This document shows, in pieces, positions 44,700 through 54,372 of a DNA stretch of 64,000 nt. The notes under the pieces were generated by a model that saw only the letters and a program-made list of their open reading frames with translations, searched no databases and was not told where the DNA came from. The position numbers and the translations under genes were made by a program. Source of the DNA: a virus (taxonomy: Duplodnaviria > Caudoviricetes); the IMG/VR virus record IMGVR_UViG_3300037400_006508, positions 32,001 through 96,000 of that record. The stretch is one strand, 5' to 3'. Numbering within the stretch: the stretch's first letter is position 1; each line of letters opens with the position of its first letter.

Positions 44700-47600
44700 A
44701 TGTATCCGATTCCGGCAAACGCGGCGCGTATCCAGTACCTCGAAAGTACCGGTACGCAGTACGTGGACACTGGGGTAGTTCCAACAATCAACACGAAGTT
44801 TGTTTATGACATGCGACTTACCGATGTTGAGAACACCAGCTATTTTGGATCTTTTAGTGCCAACAACAGATTCCAGCTGACTAACACATTAAGTAACTCT
44901 AGGACGGTTTTTCGTTTTGCGTGTGGTATTTCTTCAGATTCGGCCATAGATACTAATATCGCTGCCGACACGGATCGACATCTGTTCAGCATCGATCTAG
45001 GCGGAGGAAGCTGTGTTGTTTCTGTGGATGATTCAACCTTTACCAGAACAATAGGGACATCTTTAGTAGATGGCTACTCCGTTTATCTTCTTTCAAGACA
45101 CAATGTGAATGGCGCTTCTGCTTCGAAAGGCGCCCTGTATGCAGCCAAGCACTACGAGAACGGTATTTTGTGCCATGACTGGGTCCCAGTCCGTGTCGGA
45201 ACGGTTGGATATTTGTTCGACCGCATGAGCGGCCAGTTGTTCGGCAACCAGGGGACGGGAGACCCGTTCGTCCTCGGTCCGGACGACTTCTCGATCTTCT
45301 CGCATTCCGTGAAGCACGTCGAGGTTGTGAGCAGCAGGCCGTATGACGCCGAGGTGGAGTACATCGAGTCAACGGGAACACAGTACATTGATACGGGATT
45401 TGATTTTGCATCCAGTCATGATTTCACAATTTCATTATATTTTGACCTACTTAAGCGGAGGGATCCAAGTGAAAACAACTATCTTTTTTCTTGCATCGAT
45501 AGTTCAGCATGGTTATCATGTGAGATAGATCGGTCTTCTCCGTATCGGGCCTATGCAAACGTAGGAACAAAAACGCTTATATACTGTGGGCCATCCCCAT
45601 ATCCATTTAATTCATGGGATATCTTCACCTTTTCAGTAAATGTGAATTCGCAGCAATATACAATTGCTGGTGGTAATTGGTCAACGAGCGGAACGTACAC
45701 GGGTACTTTACCCAGTGGTCGTATCAATTTGCTTACGGGTCGAAATTTGGCGTCAACCGGATCAAGGCCATTTGTTAGGATCGGCTATGTTAAAATTTGG
45801 GACAATGGCACCCTCGTCCGTGACTTTGTTCCAGTCCGTGTGGGCACCGAATACTGCCTCTATGACAAAGCCAATCCGACAAGTGGGGACAATGGGGATG
45901 GGCTTTACCACAACAAGGGCACCGGCGCATTCCTCGGAGGCTCGGACACTGGTCCGAGCATAGTGCTGGCGGGCAGGGTCTTGGGCGACTCATCCGGTAC
46001 CGTGAAGGCCGTGCGCAAGCACTACGACATGCCGGTGCAGTACACGATCGACGAGTGCAACGGCAACGCGCCTACTGCCGTCAACGTGTATTTTCCTTCA
46101 GGAAAGTACAGTGCGCTGAACTACACGCCTACGTGGGAACACCATAGGTTCGTGGGATGGTATACATCCAGGTATGCTCCGCTGGAGTATGTGTACAAAG
46201 CAGCAGAAGCTGATGCCTACGTAGATTCCGGCATTGCAGCCGAAAACAAAGGAACATGGGAAACGGATATACGGTTTTCAACTTCCGGAAATTGCAGATA
46301 CATAGGTGTTGGGACTTCTGGGTCAACGGCAAAGATATCGGCAGGTCTACAGTCGCCGTCATCGACTACAATGATACCTTCGTGCTACGAAACGTGGAAC
46401 GATTCTCCGCTAACGACAATAGACACGACTACAAGACATTTTTTGAGATATGTGTTTCAACCCGGCAATCAGCAATTTTATTGCGACGGCGTTTTGCACA
46501 TGTCGTCAACTAAAACGTCTGTCACTGTTCCTAATTGCAATATAGGCATATTTGAATGCGTAAACCAAGATGGCACAAGACACACATATCATAAATCAAG
46601 AGCCGTGTATTTGTATGAGTGCAAGCTGTATAACAGCAGTGGAGTTCTTGTAAGGCATTTTCTGCCGGTCAGCGATTACTCTGGTGACGCTGCTCTTTAC
46701 GATCTCGTGTCCAATCAGCTGTTTTACTCGCAAACAAGTACGAAACTGGAAGCGGGGTCTGCTGAAACTGAGACGGCGGTGTCTCCATCCGATGCTGTAG
46801 TCTTCGATCGATCGACAGTGTACGCCAGATGGCAGCTTCCGACAACGGTGACCTTCGACGCCACGACCAATGGCGGCCAGATGCCGTCCGGCTGGGTGTC
46901 GCCGGATTACTACGAAGGGCAGCCGTATGGCATACTTCCGACACCAACCAAGTCAGGCGAGGTGTTCCTCGGGTGGTTTACTTCGGGCGGAACCAGGGTT
47001 ACAACGTCCAGCGTTGTTTCTGCCGGCACATTGACCGCACGGTACGCCGCAGTGACATACGACACATCGTTCCAGGTCACCACTACGTCGTCCTACCGCA
47101 AGACCGGAATCTATTCCGCCAACCGATATTCTTCCTCCGACCCGATTGTGGTTGACTGGGGAGATGGAACAACCGATGTTGTTTATGGCAACATCAGCCA
47201 GCTTGCGCACACCTATTCTGGCGCTTCTACATACACGGTCAAAATTTCCGACAACATTAGCACCTTCTGCCCATCATACAGCAACACCACATGGTATCAA
47301 ACGACATCGCAGAATCAGTATACCTTCAAGAAAGTGTTGACCCTCTCATCGAAGGTGACACAGCTGTCGTCATATGCGTTTTACTACTGCTCAGCCATGA
47401 CGGATGCGATCATCCCAAGCAAGGCGACCTCAATACCGACTTCTTGTTTCTATTATTGCTCACAGTTGAAGAGCTCCTCTGTGCAGCTTCCAAGCACGGT
47501 GACAAGCATTGGAAGTTACGCCTTCTACTATTGCAGAGGCAGTTCCTTTATCTCGATAATGATACCGGCGTCGGTGACTAGCATCGGGTCTTACGCTTTC

Positions 47601-48776
47601 GCGAACGACAATTACTTGAGAAATATAACCTTTGAGACGTCGAGTAGCACACTCACACTTAACACGTATGCCTTCAGTGCGTGCTTTTATAGTGGATCGA
47701 CGGCAGCCTCGATCGACCTTTCGCCGAGGAAGATTACTTCTATACCAAACTACTGCTTTAACAATTGCAGGTATTTGAAGGGCATAGTATGGCCTCAAGG
47801 ATTGACCAGTATTGGAGGATCTGCGTTCCGGTACTGCTTCTACTATACTGCTAGCACAGGCACTGTGGAAATCCCAGAGGGTGTTACGAACATCTCTGGC
47901 ACCTATGCGTTCGCCAACTGCCTATACTTGACCGCTGTGACATTGCCAAGCACATTGACCAACCTCAACAACTACACCTTCTATTATTGCACGAGGCTGG
48001 CGACCATCACTTCCAACAGGTCAACGGCTCCCACGGTGTCCTCCGCCACATTCGGCAACAGTTCAACTTACTATACGGGCAGGACATACTACTCGACGGG
48101 AAAGAACAGCCTATATGTGCCAGCAGGAGCAACCGGGTACAATGCATCTTACTGGTCGAGCGTTTTGTGCAACAGCTCCATGTGCGGATTTACTCTTATC
48201 GAGAATTCCATACAGGAGGTAGAATATATCACGCTTACGACAGCGCCTTCCGGAACAATGAGCACGAATGACGGAAACATTCTTCCGATCGACGTCGTTC
48301 CGGGCACTTCTACAGAGCTGGAGATAGACTGGGTTGTGAACAACTCTACAGGAAACATACTGTTTGGAATCTCGTCGTCCAGCGATTCTGCGGATTTCCG
48401 CATATTCTCAACCAACTCTAATTATTACTATGATAGGGGGTCCGGGAGGCTGAGTCCGTCGTATACCACGTTTGGAGTCGGGCTGGGTACGAGGTTCAAG
48501 ATAAAGGCCGGCAACTATTATCTTCAGAACGTGACGGGAGGATATACTGCAACAGGAACAAGTGCGGCGTATACACCGCAGTCTCCACAGTGTCTTGGAT
48601 TCTGGGGGTACACGACGATATACTCCTGCAAGGTGTGGGACGGTAATACGCTTGTCCGTAGTCTTACGCCGGCCAGAATAGGGCAGAACGGAGGATTGTA
48701 CGACTCCGTTTCAGGCAGATTCTTCAGGGTGATCGGTAATGGCGCGTACACGCTTGGATCCGATGTGACGCAGTAG
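44700..48776 (+). CDS. mosaic adhesin / receptor-binding protein (4 lectin-like modules, InlB B-type repeats, PKD-like domain, BspA-type LRR)
   Basis: Repeated module EYxESTGTQYxDTG...LVRxFxPxR..G.LYD; VTFD..GG...PTPTK.G..F.GWFT; VDWGDGT; IPASVTSIGSYAF repeats. Confidence 0.8.
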   Translation: MYPIPANAARIQYLESTGTQYVDTGVVPTINTKFVYDMRLTDVENTSYFGSFSANNRFQLTNTLSNSRTVFRFACGISSDSAIDTNIAADTDRHLFSIDLGGGSCVVSVDDSTFTRTIGTSLVDGYSVYLLSRHNVNGASASKGALYAAKHYENGILCHDWVPVRVGTVGYLFDRMSGQLFGNQGTGDPFVLGPDDFSIFSHSVKHVEVVSSRPYDAEVEYIESTGTQYIDTGFDFASSHDFTISLYFDLLKRRDPSENNYLFSCIDSSAWLSCEIDRSSPYRAYANVGTKTLIYCGPSPYPFNSWDIFTFSVNVNSQQYTIAGGNWSTSGTYTGTLPSGRINLLTGRNLASTGSRPFVRIGYVKIWDNGTLVRDFVPVRVGTEYCLYDKANPTSGDNGDGLYHNKGTGAFLGGSDTGPSIVLAGRVLGDSSGTVKAVRKHYDMPVQYTIDECNGNAPTAVNVYFPSGKYSALNYTPTWEHHRFVGWYTSRYAPLEYVYKAAEADAYVDSGIAAENKGTWETDIRFSTSGNCRYIGVGTSGSTAKISAGLQSPSSTTMIPSCYETWNDSPLTTIDTTTRHFLRYVFQPGNQQFYCDGVLHMSSTKTSVTVPNCNIGIFECVNQDGTRHTYHKSRAVYLYECKLYNSSGVLVRHFLPVSDYSGDAALYDLVSNQLFYSQTSTKLEAGSAETETAVSPSDAVVFDRSTVYARWQLPTTVTFDATTNGGQMPSGWVSPDYYEGQPYGILPTPTKSGEVFLGWFTSGGTRVTTSSVVSAGTLTARYAAVTYDTSFQVTTTSSYRKTGIYSANRYSSSDPIVVDWGDGTTDVVYGNISQLAHTYSGASTYTVKISDNISTFCPSYSNTTWYQTTSQNQYTFKKVLTLSSKVTQLSSYAFYYCSAMTDAIIPSKATSIPTSCFYYCSQLKSSSVQLPSTVTSIGSYAFYYCRGSSFISIMIPASVTSIGSYAFANDNYLRNITFETSSSTLTLNTYAFSACFYSGSTAASIDLSPRKITSIPNYCFNNCRYLKGIVWPQGLTSIGGSAFRYCFYYTASTGTVEIPEGVTNISGTYAFANCLYLTAVTLPSTLTNLNNYTFYYCTRLATITSNRSTAPTVSSATFGNSSTYYTGRTYYSTGKNSLYVPAGATGYNASYWSSVLCNSSMCGFTLIENSIQEVEYITLTTAPSGTMSTNDGNILPIDVVPGTSTELEIDWVVNNSTGNILFGISSSSDSADFRIFSTNSNYYYDRGSGRLSPSYTTFGVGLGTRFKIKAGNYYLQNVTGGYTATGTSAAYTPQSPQCLGFWGYTTIYSCKVWDGNTLVRSLTPARIGQNGGLYDSVSGRFFRVIGNGAYTLGSDVTQ

Positions 48777-48780
48777 ACGC

Positions 48781-50004
48781 ATGATTTCAGCAGCACACCA
48801 CACGTTGATGGGTCCTGATACGGGGATAAAGCTGCCGTACGACTGGTCGTACGACACGGTTATGGATCAGAGGGACGCGCTGGCCGCGAAGGTAACGAGA
48901 AATTCGACTCCAACGGTGACGGACACGTACATCGATCTTTCGGCTCTTGGAGTAGCTCAGGTCTTGCATCATCCTGTCCCATTGATTGACTACCCTGGAA
49001 AGGTTGGGATGGCGTTCAGATTCAGCGACGAGCCTGCTGTGTCTGAGTATTGTATCGTAGATCCAGAAGTTGGAACGGTTACACGAACGGGCGCAAAGAT
49101 GACTATTACGTCGAGCAACGTAAATACTCGTTTGTGTCTTGACAGATACGGAAAAATGTGTGGTGTCGTCAGATATGATGGTGGTGTCTACTCTTTTGGA
49201 CAGGACGGCAGCAATTGCACGAAGCACGGCACATGCGAGGCGTTTCCGACAAACAGAGGCTTCAGACTTGTACAGATACCTGAGGGCGGATTCATAGCGT
49301 ACGGTGAAGAGTCGACGACTAGGCACATGTACAAGATAGATGACAATTACAACCCGTCTCTCGCGTACACATGGGATCAGACGTCGTACTATCCGTACAG
49401 CGCAATTTTCATGCCGGATTATCTTGTGATCACAATTACGCTGGGTACGATACAGCGGTTCAAGAGAGACTTGTCCAGCGGTACCAGACTTTCTACGGTA
49501 ACGTATGGGTCGTATATTTCTCTTGCCGGCATGACAATGTGTCCGCTGACCAGGGGTGATATATTCTTTGGCATGTCTGGGAACAAGTATAGCAGCAAGA
49601 AGCTTGTAGGATACAAGGTGGGCACGAATGCGGCTGTTCTGTCCACAACGCTTGCGTCGAGCAACGGTACCGGAGAAAACACCGGGTGTTTTCTTCCGAC
49701 TGGAGAATTTTTCAGCCATGTTCAGTATGACGGCAACAATACGGCGCCAGTGAAAGGAAATCAATGGTATTTGTATAATTATGAAACTGACACGTTTACT
49801 AATGTTGGAGGAACACATGACGGAACTACTGCAGTCGGGTGGAGGGTCTGCATGCTTCCGACGGGGAAATGTCTTTCGTACAGGAACAATATAGGCAACG
49901 ACGGGAAGATCTATTTCAAGTTCCACGATTGGGGATTTAAGAAAAAGGACATACCGGCTAATTTGATAAGTGGCCCTTTCGGATTCAACAACACATGCTG
50001 TTAG
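48781..50004 (+). CDS. beta-rich (possible propeller) putative virion protein
   Basis: Gly/Thr/Tyr-rich, repeated LPTG motifs; AT-richer. Confidence 0.6.
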   Translation: MISAAHHTLMGPDTGIKLPYDWSYDTVMDQRDALAAKVTRNSTPTVTDTYIDLSALGVAQVLHHPVPLIDYPGKVGMAFRFSDEPAVSEYCIVDPEVGTVTRTGAKMTITSSNVNTRLCLDRYGKMCGVVRYDGGVYSFGQDGSNCTKHGTCEAFPTNRGFRLVQIPEGGFIAYGEESTTRHMYKIDDNYNPSLAYTWDQTSYYPYSAIFMPDYLVITITLGTIQRFKRDLSSGTRLSTVTYGSYISLAGMTMCPLTRGDIFFGMSGNKYSSKKLVGYKVGTNAAVLSTTLASSNGTGENTGCFLPTGEFFSHVQYDGNNTAPVKGNQWYLYNYETDTFTNVGGTHDGTTAVGWRVCMLPTGKCLSYRNNIGNDGKIYFKFHDWGFKKKDIPANLISGPFGFNNTCC

Positions 50005-50013
50005 GAGAAAAAC

Positions 50014-50517
50014 ATGTACGCGAAATACATCTCTGAAACAACGATCAATACGACGATCCCGAAATCTGGGCATGACGCGCAGGGACGCCTCGTGACCGGA
50101 GATCTGACGAACAGGCCGGACGTCCTGGCCCTGCTCAACTACTTTCCGGTGGTTGAGCAGGAGATGCCGTCCGAACCGATCGAAGGGTACCACTACGAGA
50201 AGCGGTACGCCCCTCCGGACAGCAACGACGGGATCGTACAATTCTGGGTTTCCGTCGAGGATCCTCCGCCCCCTCCGGAGCCGGTCAAGGTGTATTCCAA
50301 GCTCAAGATCCTGATGGCTGCTGACCAGGCCGGGATCATAGATCCGCTTATGGACCTTATCGAGTCGGACAGGAAGCTAAAGTACATCTGGGACGCGTCG
50401 AACACGATCGAGGACAACGCCCTTCTTTCCGCATACATCCCGAACATCGCCCAGGCGCTTGCAAAAACGGAGCAGGAGGTGTATGCTTTTCTCGACAACT
50501 ACTGCATTGCAGACTAG
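50014..50517 (+). CDS. hypothetical protein (possible fibre assembly chaperone)
   Basis: AGGAG RBS; follows fibre genes; poly-Pro hinge. Confidence 0.6.
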   Translation: MYAKYISETTINTTIPKSGHDAQGRLVTGDLTNRPDVLALLNYFPVVEQEMPSEPIEGYHYEKRYAPPDSNDGIVQFWVSVEDPPPPPEPVKVYSKLKILMAADQAGIIDPLMDLIESDRKLKYIWDASNTIEDNALLSAYIPNIAQALAKTEQEVYAFLDNYCIAD

Positions 50518-50526
50518 GAGGACGAC

Positions 50527-50976
50527 ATGAAGAAGTGGTGGAAGAAGATCTGGAAGAAGATCAAGGAATGGCTCGAGGGCGACGAGAAGTTCGACTACCA
50601 GGGCCTGGACTGGTGCTACGGCGGCGAGAGGGCAAAGGGGGCCGTGGAGGACGTGTCCCAGAACGGGTTCAAGCTGAACTCGGTCTCGGCCGACGAGAAG
50701 GGCGTCAGGTTCTCCGGCGAGGGCAGGATGTGGGGGTACACCCACGACCATGCCGACGCACGCAACTGCATATTCTTCCTCGGCGACGACGGCGTCTGGC
50801 ACGGAGGATTCTGGGAATGGGGCTCCGTGGACAGGACCTACCGAGATTTCAACAACATCTACTCCGGGTACAAGGGGTGGAAGGTGCAGCCGTTCCTCAA
50901 GTCGAAGAGATGGCTGTTCTTCGTCATGACAAGGTCCGGGGATAAGAGGACCAACCTGATGTTCATCGACAGGTAG
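50527..50976 (+). CDS. Trp/Gly-rich protein with amphipathic cationic N-terminal helix
   Basis: MKKWWKKIWKKIKEWLEG; AGGAGG RBS. Confidence 0.75.
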   Translation: MKKWWKKIWKKIKEWLEGDEKFDYQGLDWCYGGERAKGAVEDVSQNGFKLNSVSADEKGVRFSGEGRMWGYTHDHADARNCIFFLGDDGVWHGGFWEWGSVDRTYRDFNNIYSGYKGWKVQPFLKSKRWLFFVMTRSGDKRTNLMFIDR

Positions 50977-50985
50977 AAGTCCGGC

Positions 50986-51795
50986 ATGCCGGAAGGCGAA
51001 ATCAGGGTAGCCTACACGATAGACGTGCGGGGGGCCGGCGCTCAGCAGTTCTGCGACCAGCTCCTCGTCTCCGTGTATTCTCTTCTCAAGACGAAATCGC
51101 CGGACGACCGTATACGCGTGTCCGTGTTCTACGGGAGCATCCCATACGGGCTGGAGCAACGTGTGTCGTCGTTGGGAAGGGACGGATTCAAGGTCGAGTT
51201 CAACAGAATAGACGCAAATCTGCTTGCGAGGCTTGACAGATGTTCCGGAAGGGATCCTACCAAGGGAATACGGACTTTTTCCGGGATAACTTTCGTAAGG
51301 TTCTGCCTTCCGGACCTGATTCCGGACGCGGACAGGGTCGTATACCTGGATTGCGACACACTGGCCCGTTTTCCCATAAAGGATCTTTGGGACGTCGAAT
51401 TCGACGCTGGCTCCCTTATAGCGGCCACGCCGGGCGTCGTACCGGAGTACGGATTCAATTCCGGTACGATAGTTCTCGACCTGGCGGGGATGAGAAGGGA
51501 GGGGTGCGTGGAGCCGTTTCTCGAATATGCCGAAAAAGAGGCGAAGCTGTTCATGCTTCCCGACCAGACCGCCATGAATAAGTTCTTCGGCGGCAGGATA
51601 ACGGAGATTGACGGATCGTGGGTGTTCACTCCGTCCGTCGGAGGAAACAGCCCGTATCTAAGGTCTGCGAAGATGTTTCACTTCTATAACGGGCATAAAC
51701 CGTACCGTATAACCAGGGAAGATACCGGAAGGGTTCTTGTCATATGGAACAATCTTCTTTCCGAGGCGGAAAAGGAGGTGTCCGATGCCGGATAG
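50986..51795 (+). CDS. GT8 glycosyltransferase
   Basis: FVRFCLPDL...VYLDCDTL...FNSGTIVLDL...PDQTAMN...FHFYNGHKPY. Confidence 0.9.
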   Translation: MPEGEIRVAYTIDVRGAGAQQFCDQLLVSVYSLLKTKSPDDRIRVSVFYGSIPYGLEQRVSSLGRDGFKVEFNRIDANLLARLDRCSGRDPTKGIRTFSGITFVRFCLPDLIPDADRVVYLDCDTLARFPIKDLWDVEFDAGSLIAATPGVVPEYGFNSGTIVLDLAGMRREGCVEPFLEYAEKEAKLFMLPDQTAMNKFFGGRITEIDGSWVFTPSVGGNSPYLRSAKMFHFYNGHKPYRITREDTGRVLVIWNNLLSEAEKEVSDAG

Positions 51796-53419
51796 CGAAA
51801 ATGACGGCGCACCGAGCCCGATAGTGGATACGAGAACGGTAGATTATAACTGCGAATGCTGCAAATGCGGTCTTCTTAGCGTCGTTATCGAGTTTGATAA
51901 TGGTTGCAGGTGCCTGGGGATATACAGCAAGGAGGATTGCAGCGGTGATTGGTGGGAGAAAGAATGTCATTACGGCCCTTCCCATTTCGAAGTGGAGGTA
52001 TCTTTGTTGTATTGGGATTCGGAGCCGCCGCCCGGAACGGATCCCGTATCGGCAAGAGAGGTTGTTTTCTTCGAGTTTGACGCGGCGCATACCAGGTCCT
52101 CAGGTTATCTTTCATACTCGTCCCACGAGCAAATACCCGTTTGTTCGCCCGGCAAGTACAAAGTGGAGCTCCGTATATATGGAGACGGCATGAGCGTTAC
52201 CTTCGAGAAGGTTATTACCCTGTCGTCGATATACGGCCAGACCGTGGTTTTGAAGTATAGAAACATGGAATACCACGGGTGCTGCAATCCAACGCTGACT
52301 ATATCGTTGTACGATTTGTGCAGATCGAGAAAAACTCCCGATGGGGATGAAATTGCCGACGATCTGAAGGATTTTGACGACGTAGTAGTTACCATGGAGG
52401 ACGGTACGCAGTATACGCTCACTTACGATCCGGATGATTCATACACCTATTACTACAAGGATTTCGATCTGCCGTGCGGAAGCAGCTCCGGTGGGAGCGT
52501 TGAAAGCGTAACTATAGGCGGCGAGGAGGTTTCTCTTTATTGGGGGGATTTCTATTTTAACCCGTCCCAGCCGTACAATGCGTCTGAGTGGCATGAGGAT
52601 TGCAATTGGTATTTGATGCTCCGCTTGCCGCCCAGATACTATTTGTATCTCAGCATGGAGGGAAACGAATGCACTTCCGTGGGCGATACCATGACTTTGT
52701 ATGTAAAGGATTGCGATTATGGTTCGTGGCACATGACCGGGGTAACGCTTTCAAAGGTGCCCGGAAGTTCTAGCTTCGTATATTTCGACAGAGTTCCGCT
52801 TGAACATTTTAATCTTACCAGTTGCGACTGCAGGAGTCTGGATGTCTATCTTGATCAAGGGGGGAACACACTGGTTGGCCATGCCGATTTCCACGATGAG
52901 TACAATGGTGTTAGAAGCGTGTTCGTTTTGACTGGATCGGTCGACAATATAAAGCTCAGGAGAATAGTTGTAACCGCAAACGAGAAGGAGGATCATATAA
53001 CCGAGCCGTACACCATAACCGTTCACGTCAGTTACTACGACGGATACTCCACGCAGTATTTCACATGTACGCTTTCAAATCAGGGAGGAAGCGGAGGAAG
53101 CGGAAGTTCGGGGTCGTCCGGAAGTGGAAGCGGAGGCATAGGCCCCGGCGCAGGATGCAGCACCGTGGTGTGCATGGAGACGTATTCGTGCGGTGTAGAT
53201 TACATAGACGCCCCGCCCTTCATATACGCCGATTCAAATACAAGTTTTCCGTCGGACGATCTTGTGCAGATAGATATCGGTATCTATTACACCGGTCCAT
53301 ATTATCGTGGATTGCAAGAGCCCGAACCCGTGGTTAAGCTGTTGGAAGCACCGAAAAGCGATGTGGACGATGTATTCAGCGAAGGCGTCGTTGAAGAGTC
53401 AGAGAAAGGCGAAAAATGA
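51785..53419 (+). CDS. acidic Cys/Tyr-rich multi-domain protein with Gly-Ser linker
   Basis: AAGGAGGT RBS before ATG 51785; many Cys; GGSGGSGSSGSSGSGSGG linker. Confidence 0.7.
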   Translation: MPDSENDGAPSPIVDTRTVDYNCECCKCGLLSVVIEFDNGCRCLGIYSKEDCSGDWWEKECHYGPSHFEVEVSLLYWDSEPPPGTDPVSAREVVFFEFDAAHTRSSGYLSYSSHEQIPVCSPGKYKVELRIYGDGMSVTFEKVITLSSIYGQTVVLKYRNMEYHGCCNPTLTISLYDLCRSRKTPDGDEIADDLKDFDDVVVTMEDGTQYTLTYDPDDSYTYYYKDFDLPCGSSSGGSVESVTIGGEEVSLYWGDFYFNPSQPYNASEWHEDCNWYLMLRLPPRYYLYLSMEGNECTSVGDTMTLYVKDCDYGSWHMTGVTLSKVPGSSSFVYFDRVPLEHFNLTSCDCRSLDVYLDQGGNTLVGHADFHDEYNGVRSVFVLTGSVDNIKLRRIVVTANEKEDHITEPYTITVHVSYYDGYSTQYFTCTLSNQGGSGGSGSSGSSGSGSGGIGPGAGCSTVVCMETYSCGVDYIDAPPFIYADSNTSFPSDDLVQIDIGIYYTGPYYRGLQEPEPVVKLLEAPKSDVDDVFSEGVVEESEKGEK

Positions 53420-53844
53420 GTTGCAACTGCGATAAGGACAAGTCTGCGAAAGTGGATTCGCGGTCATCCGGCTACAGCCAGCCAATGGCTTGCGGCAAGT
53501 GCCTTGCCAAGCATTTGTCGAAGGCTTCGGTCGAGTACTCGGAGGTGTTGGAGGACGCATCAAGGTACACCGAGCTGTCATTTTGCATAGGCGATCTGGC
53601 GTGTGCGGAGGACCATGCTTCCGCTCTCGGCTGGAGTGACATGAAGGACAAGATAAGATCCGCCAGGGAAAGCGTATATTCGTTCGAGAAGTCAACGTAC
53701 GACGATCTGGTGTCGCTTGCGTCCGAGGCGGTAGGCCGTATTGTGTCTAAGGACAAGGATAACATGAAGTTTGCGATGGAAATGGCCAAGGCTCGGGCGG
53801 CCGCCCGTGCGTCGGAGGACAGCAACGATGTCGGCGCACCCTGA
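53416..53844 (+). CDS. CxxCxxKH helical protein
   Basis: CGKCLAKH...IGDLACA; similar to 7196-7564. Confidence 0.75.
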   Translation: MSCNCDKDKSAKVDSRSSGYSQPMACGKCLAKHLSKASVEYSEVLEDASRYTELSFCIGDLACAEDHASALGWSDMKDKIRSARESVYSFEKSTYDDLVSLASEAVGRIVSKDKDNMKFAMEMAKARAAARASEDSNDVGAP

Positions 53845-54322
53845 TTCGTTCGAGGAGGGAGACGGAACGGTCGAGTCCGTCACTAAGGACAAGACCGAGA
53901 AGCACGATGAGATCGTCGTCCGCCTCAAGGACGGAAGGCGGATCGTCATATCGAACAACACGGAGCTCGGGAAGCGCATACTTCCGGTTCTTGGTTCGAA
54001 GATAGGATACCACGGATACCGCGTAACCGGCACGAACGTCGTACACAGGACGCACCCGAACAGGGGGTCCAGGGGCGGATGGCTCGAGGAGAAGAAGGCG
54101 CAGTACTGGGGGGATGTCGATCTCTCGCGGGGCTCCGAGGCGCACGAAGGGCAGACCGTGATCGTGCTCGAAGGCCGGAGACAGCTTGAATTTGCGACTT
54201 TGGAGGACGCGGCCAACTATCTGGCAGGCGTAGGAATGCTGCCTAGGTCCGATGTGGAGACCATGCTGCGCAGCAGGGAGCCGCTGATCAACGGAAGACA
54301 GGTCTCCTATCCGGAGGGATAG
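53828..54322 (+). CDS. DUF3465-like protein
   Basis: KHDEIVVRL.DG...NN.ELG.RI...VVHRTH...GGWL pattern; GGAGG RBS before ATG 53828. Confidence 0.6.
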   Translation: MSAHPDSFEEGDGTVESVTKDKTEKHDEIVVRLKDGRRIVISNNTELGKRILPVLGSKIGYHGYRVTGTNVVHRTHPNRGSRGGWLEEKKAQYWGDVDLSRGSEAHEGQTVIVLEGRRQLEFATLEDAANYLAGVGMLPRSDVETMLRSREPLINGRQVSYPEG

Positions 54323-54340
54323 CGCCGCATAGGTTTTTTT
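54306..54340 (+). terminator. possible terminator
   Basis: CCTAT...ATAGG pairing with inner TATCC-GGAG-GGATA hairpin, followed by T7. Confidence 0.35.
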
Positions 54341-54372
54341 GGTTTAATCGCATAAACATCCTGGAGATCGAG

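Noticed and set aside
44700-48776. Diversity-generating retroelement target
   Set aside because: The repeated modules differ at all base types, no near-identical TR/VR pair is seen, and there is no reverse transcriptase in the window.
35524-54353. T-tract plus ATCGCA upstream of the portal and of 54373 as a phage-RNAP promoter
   Set aside because: Only two instances with different spacing, and ATCGCA also occurs inside coding regions.
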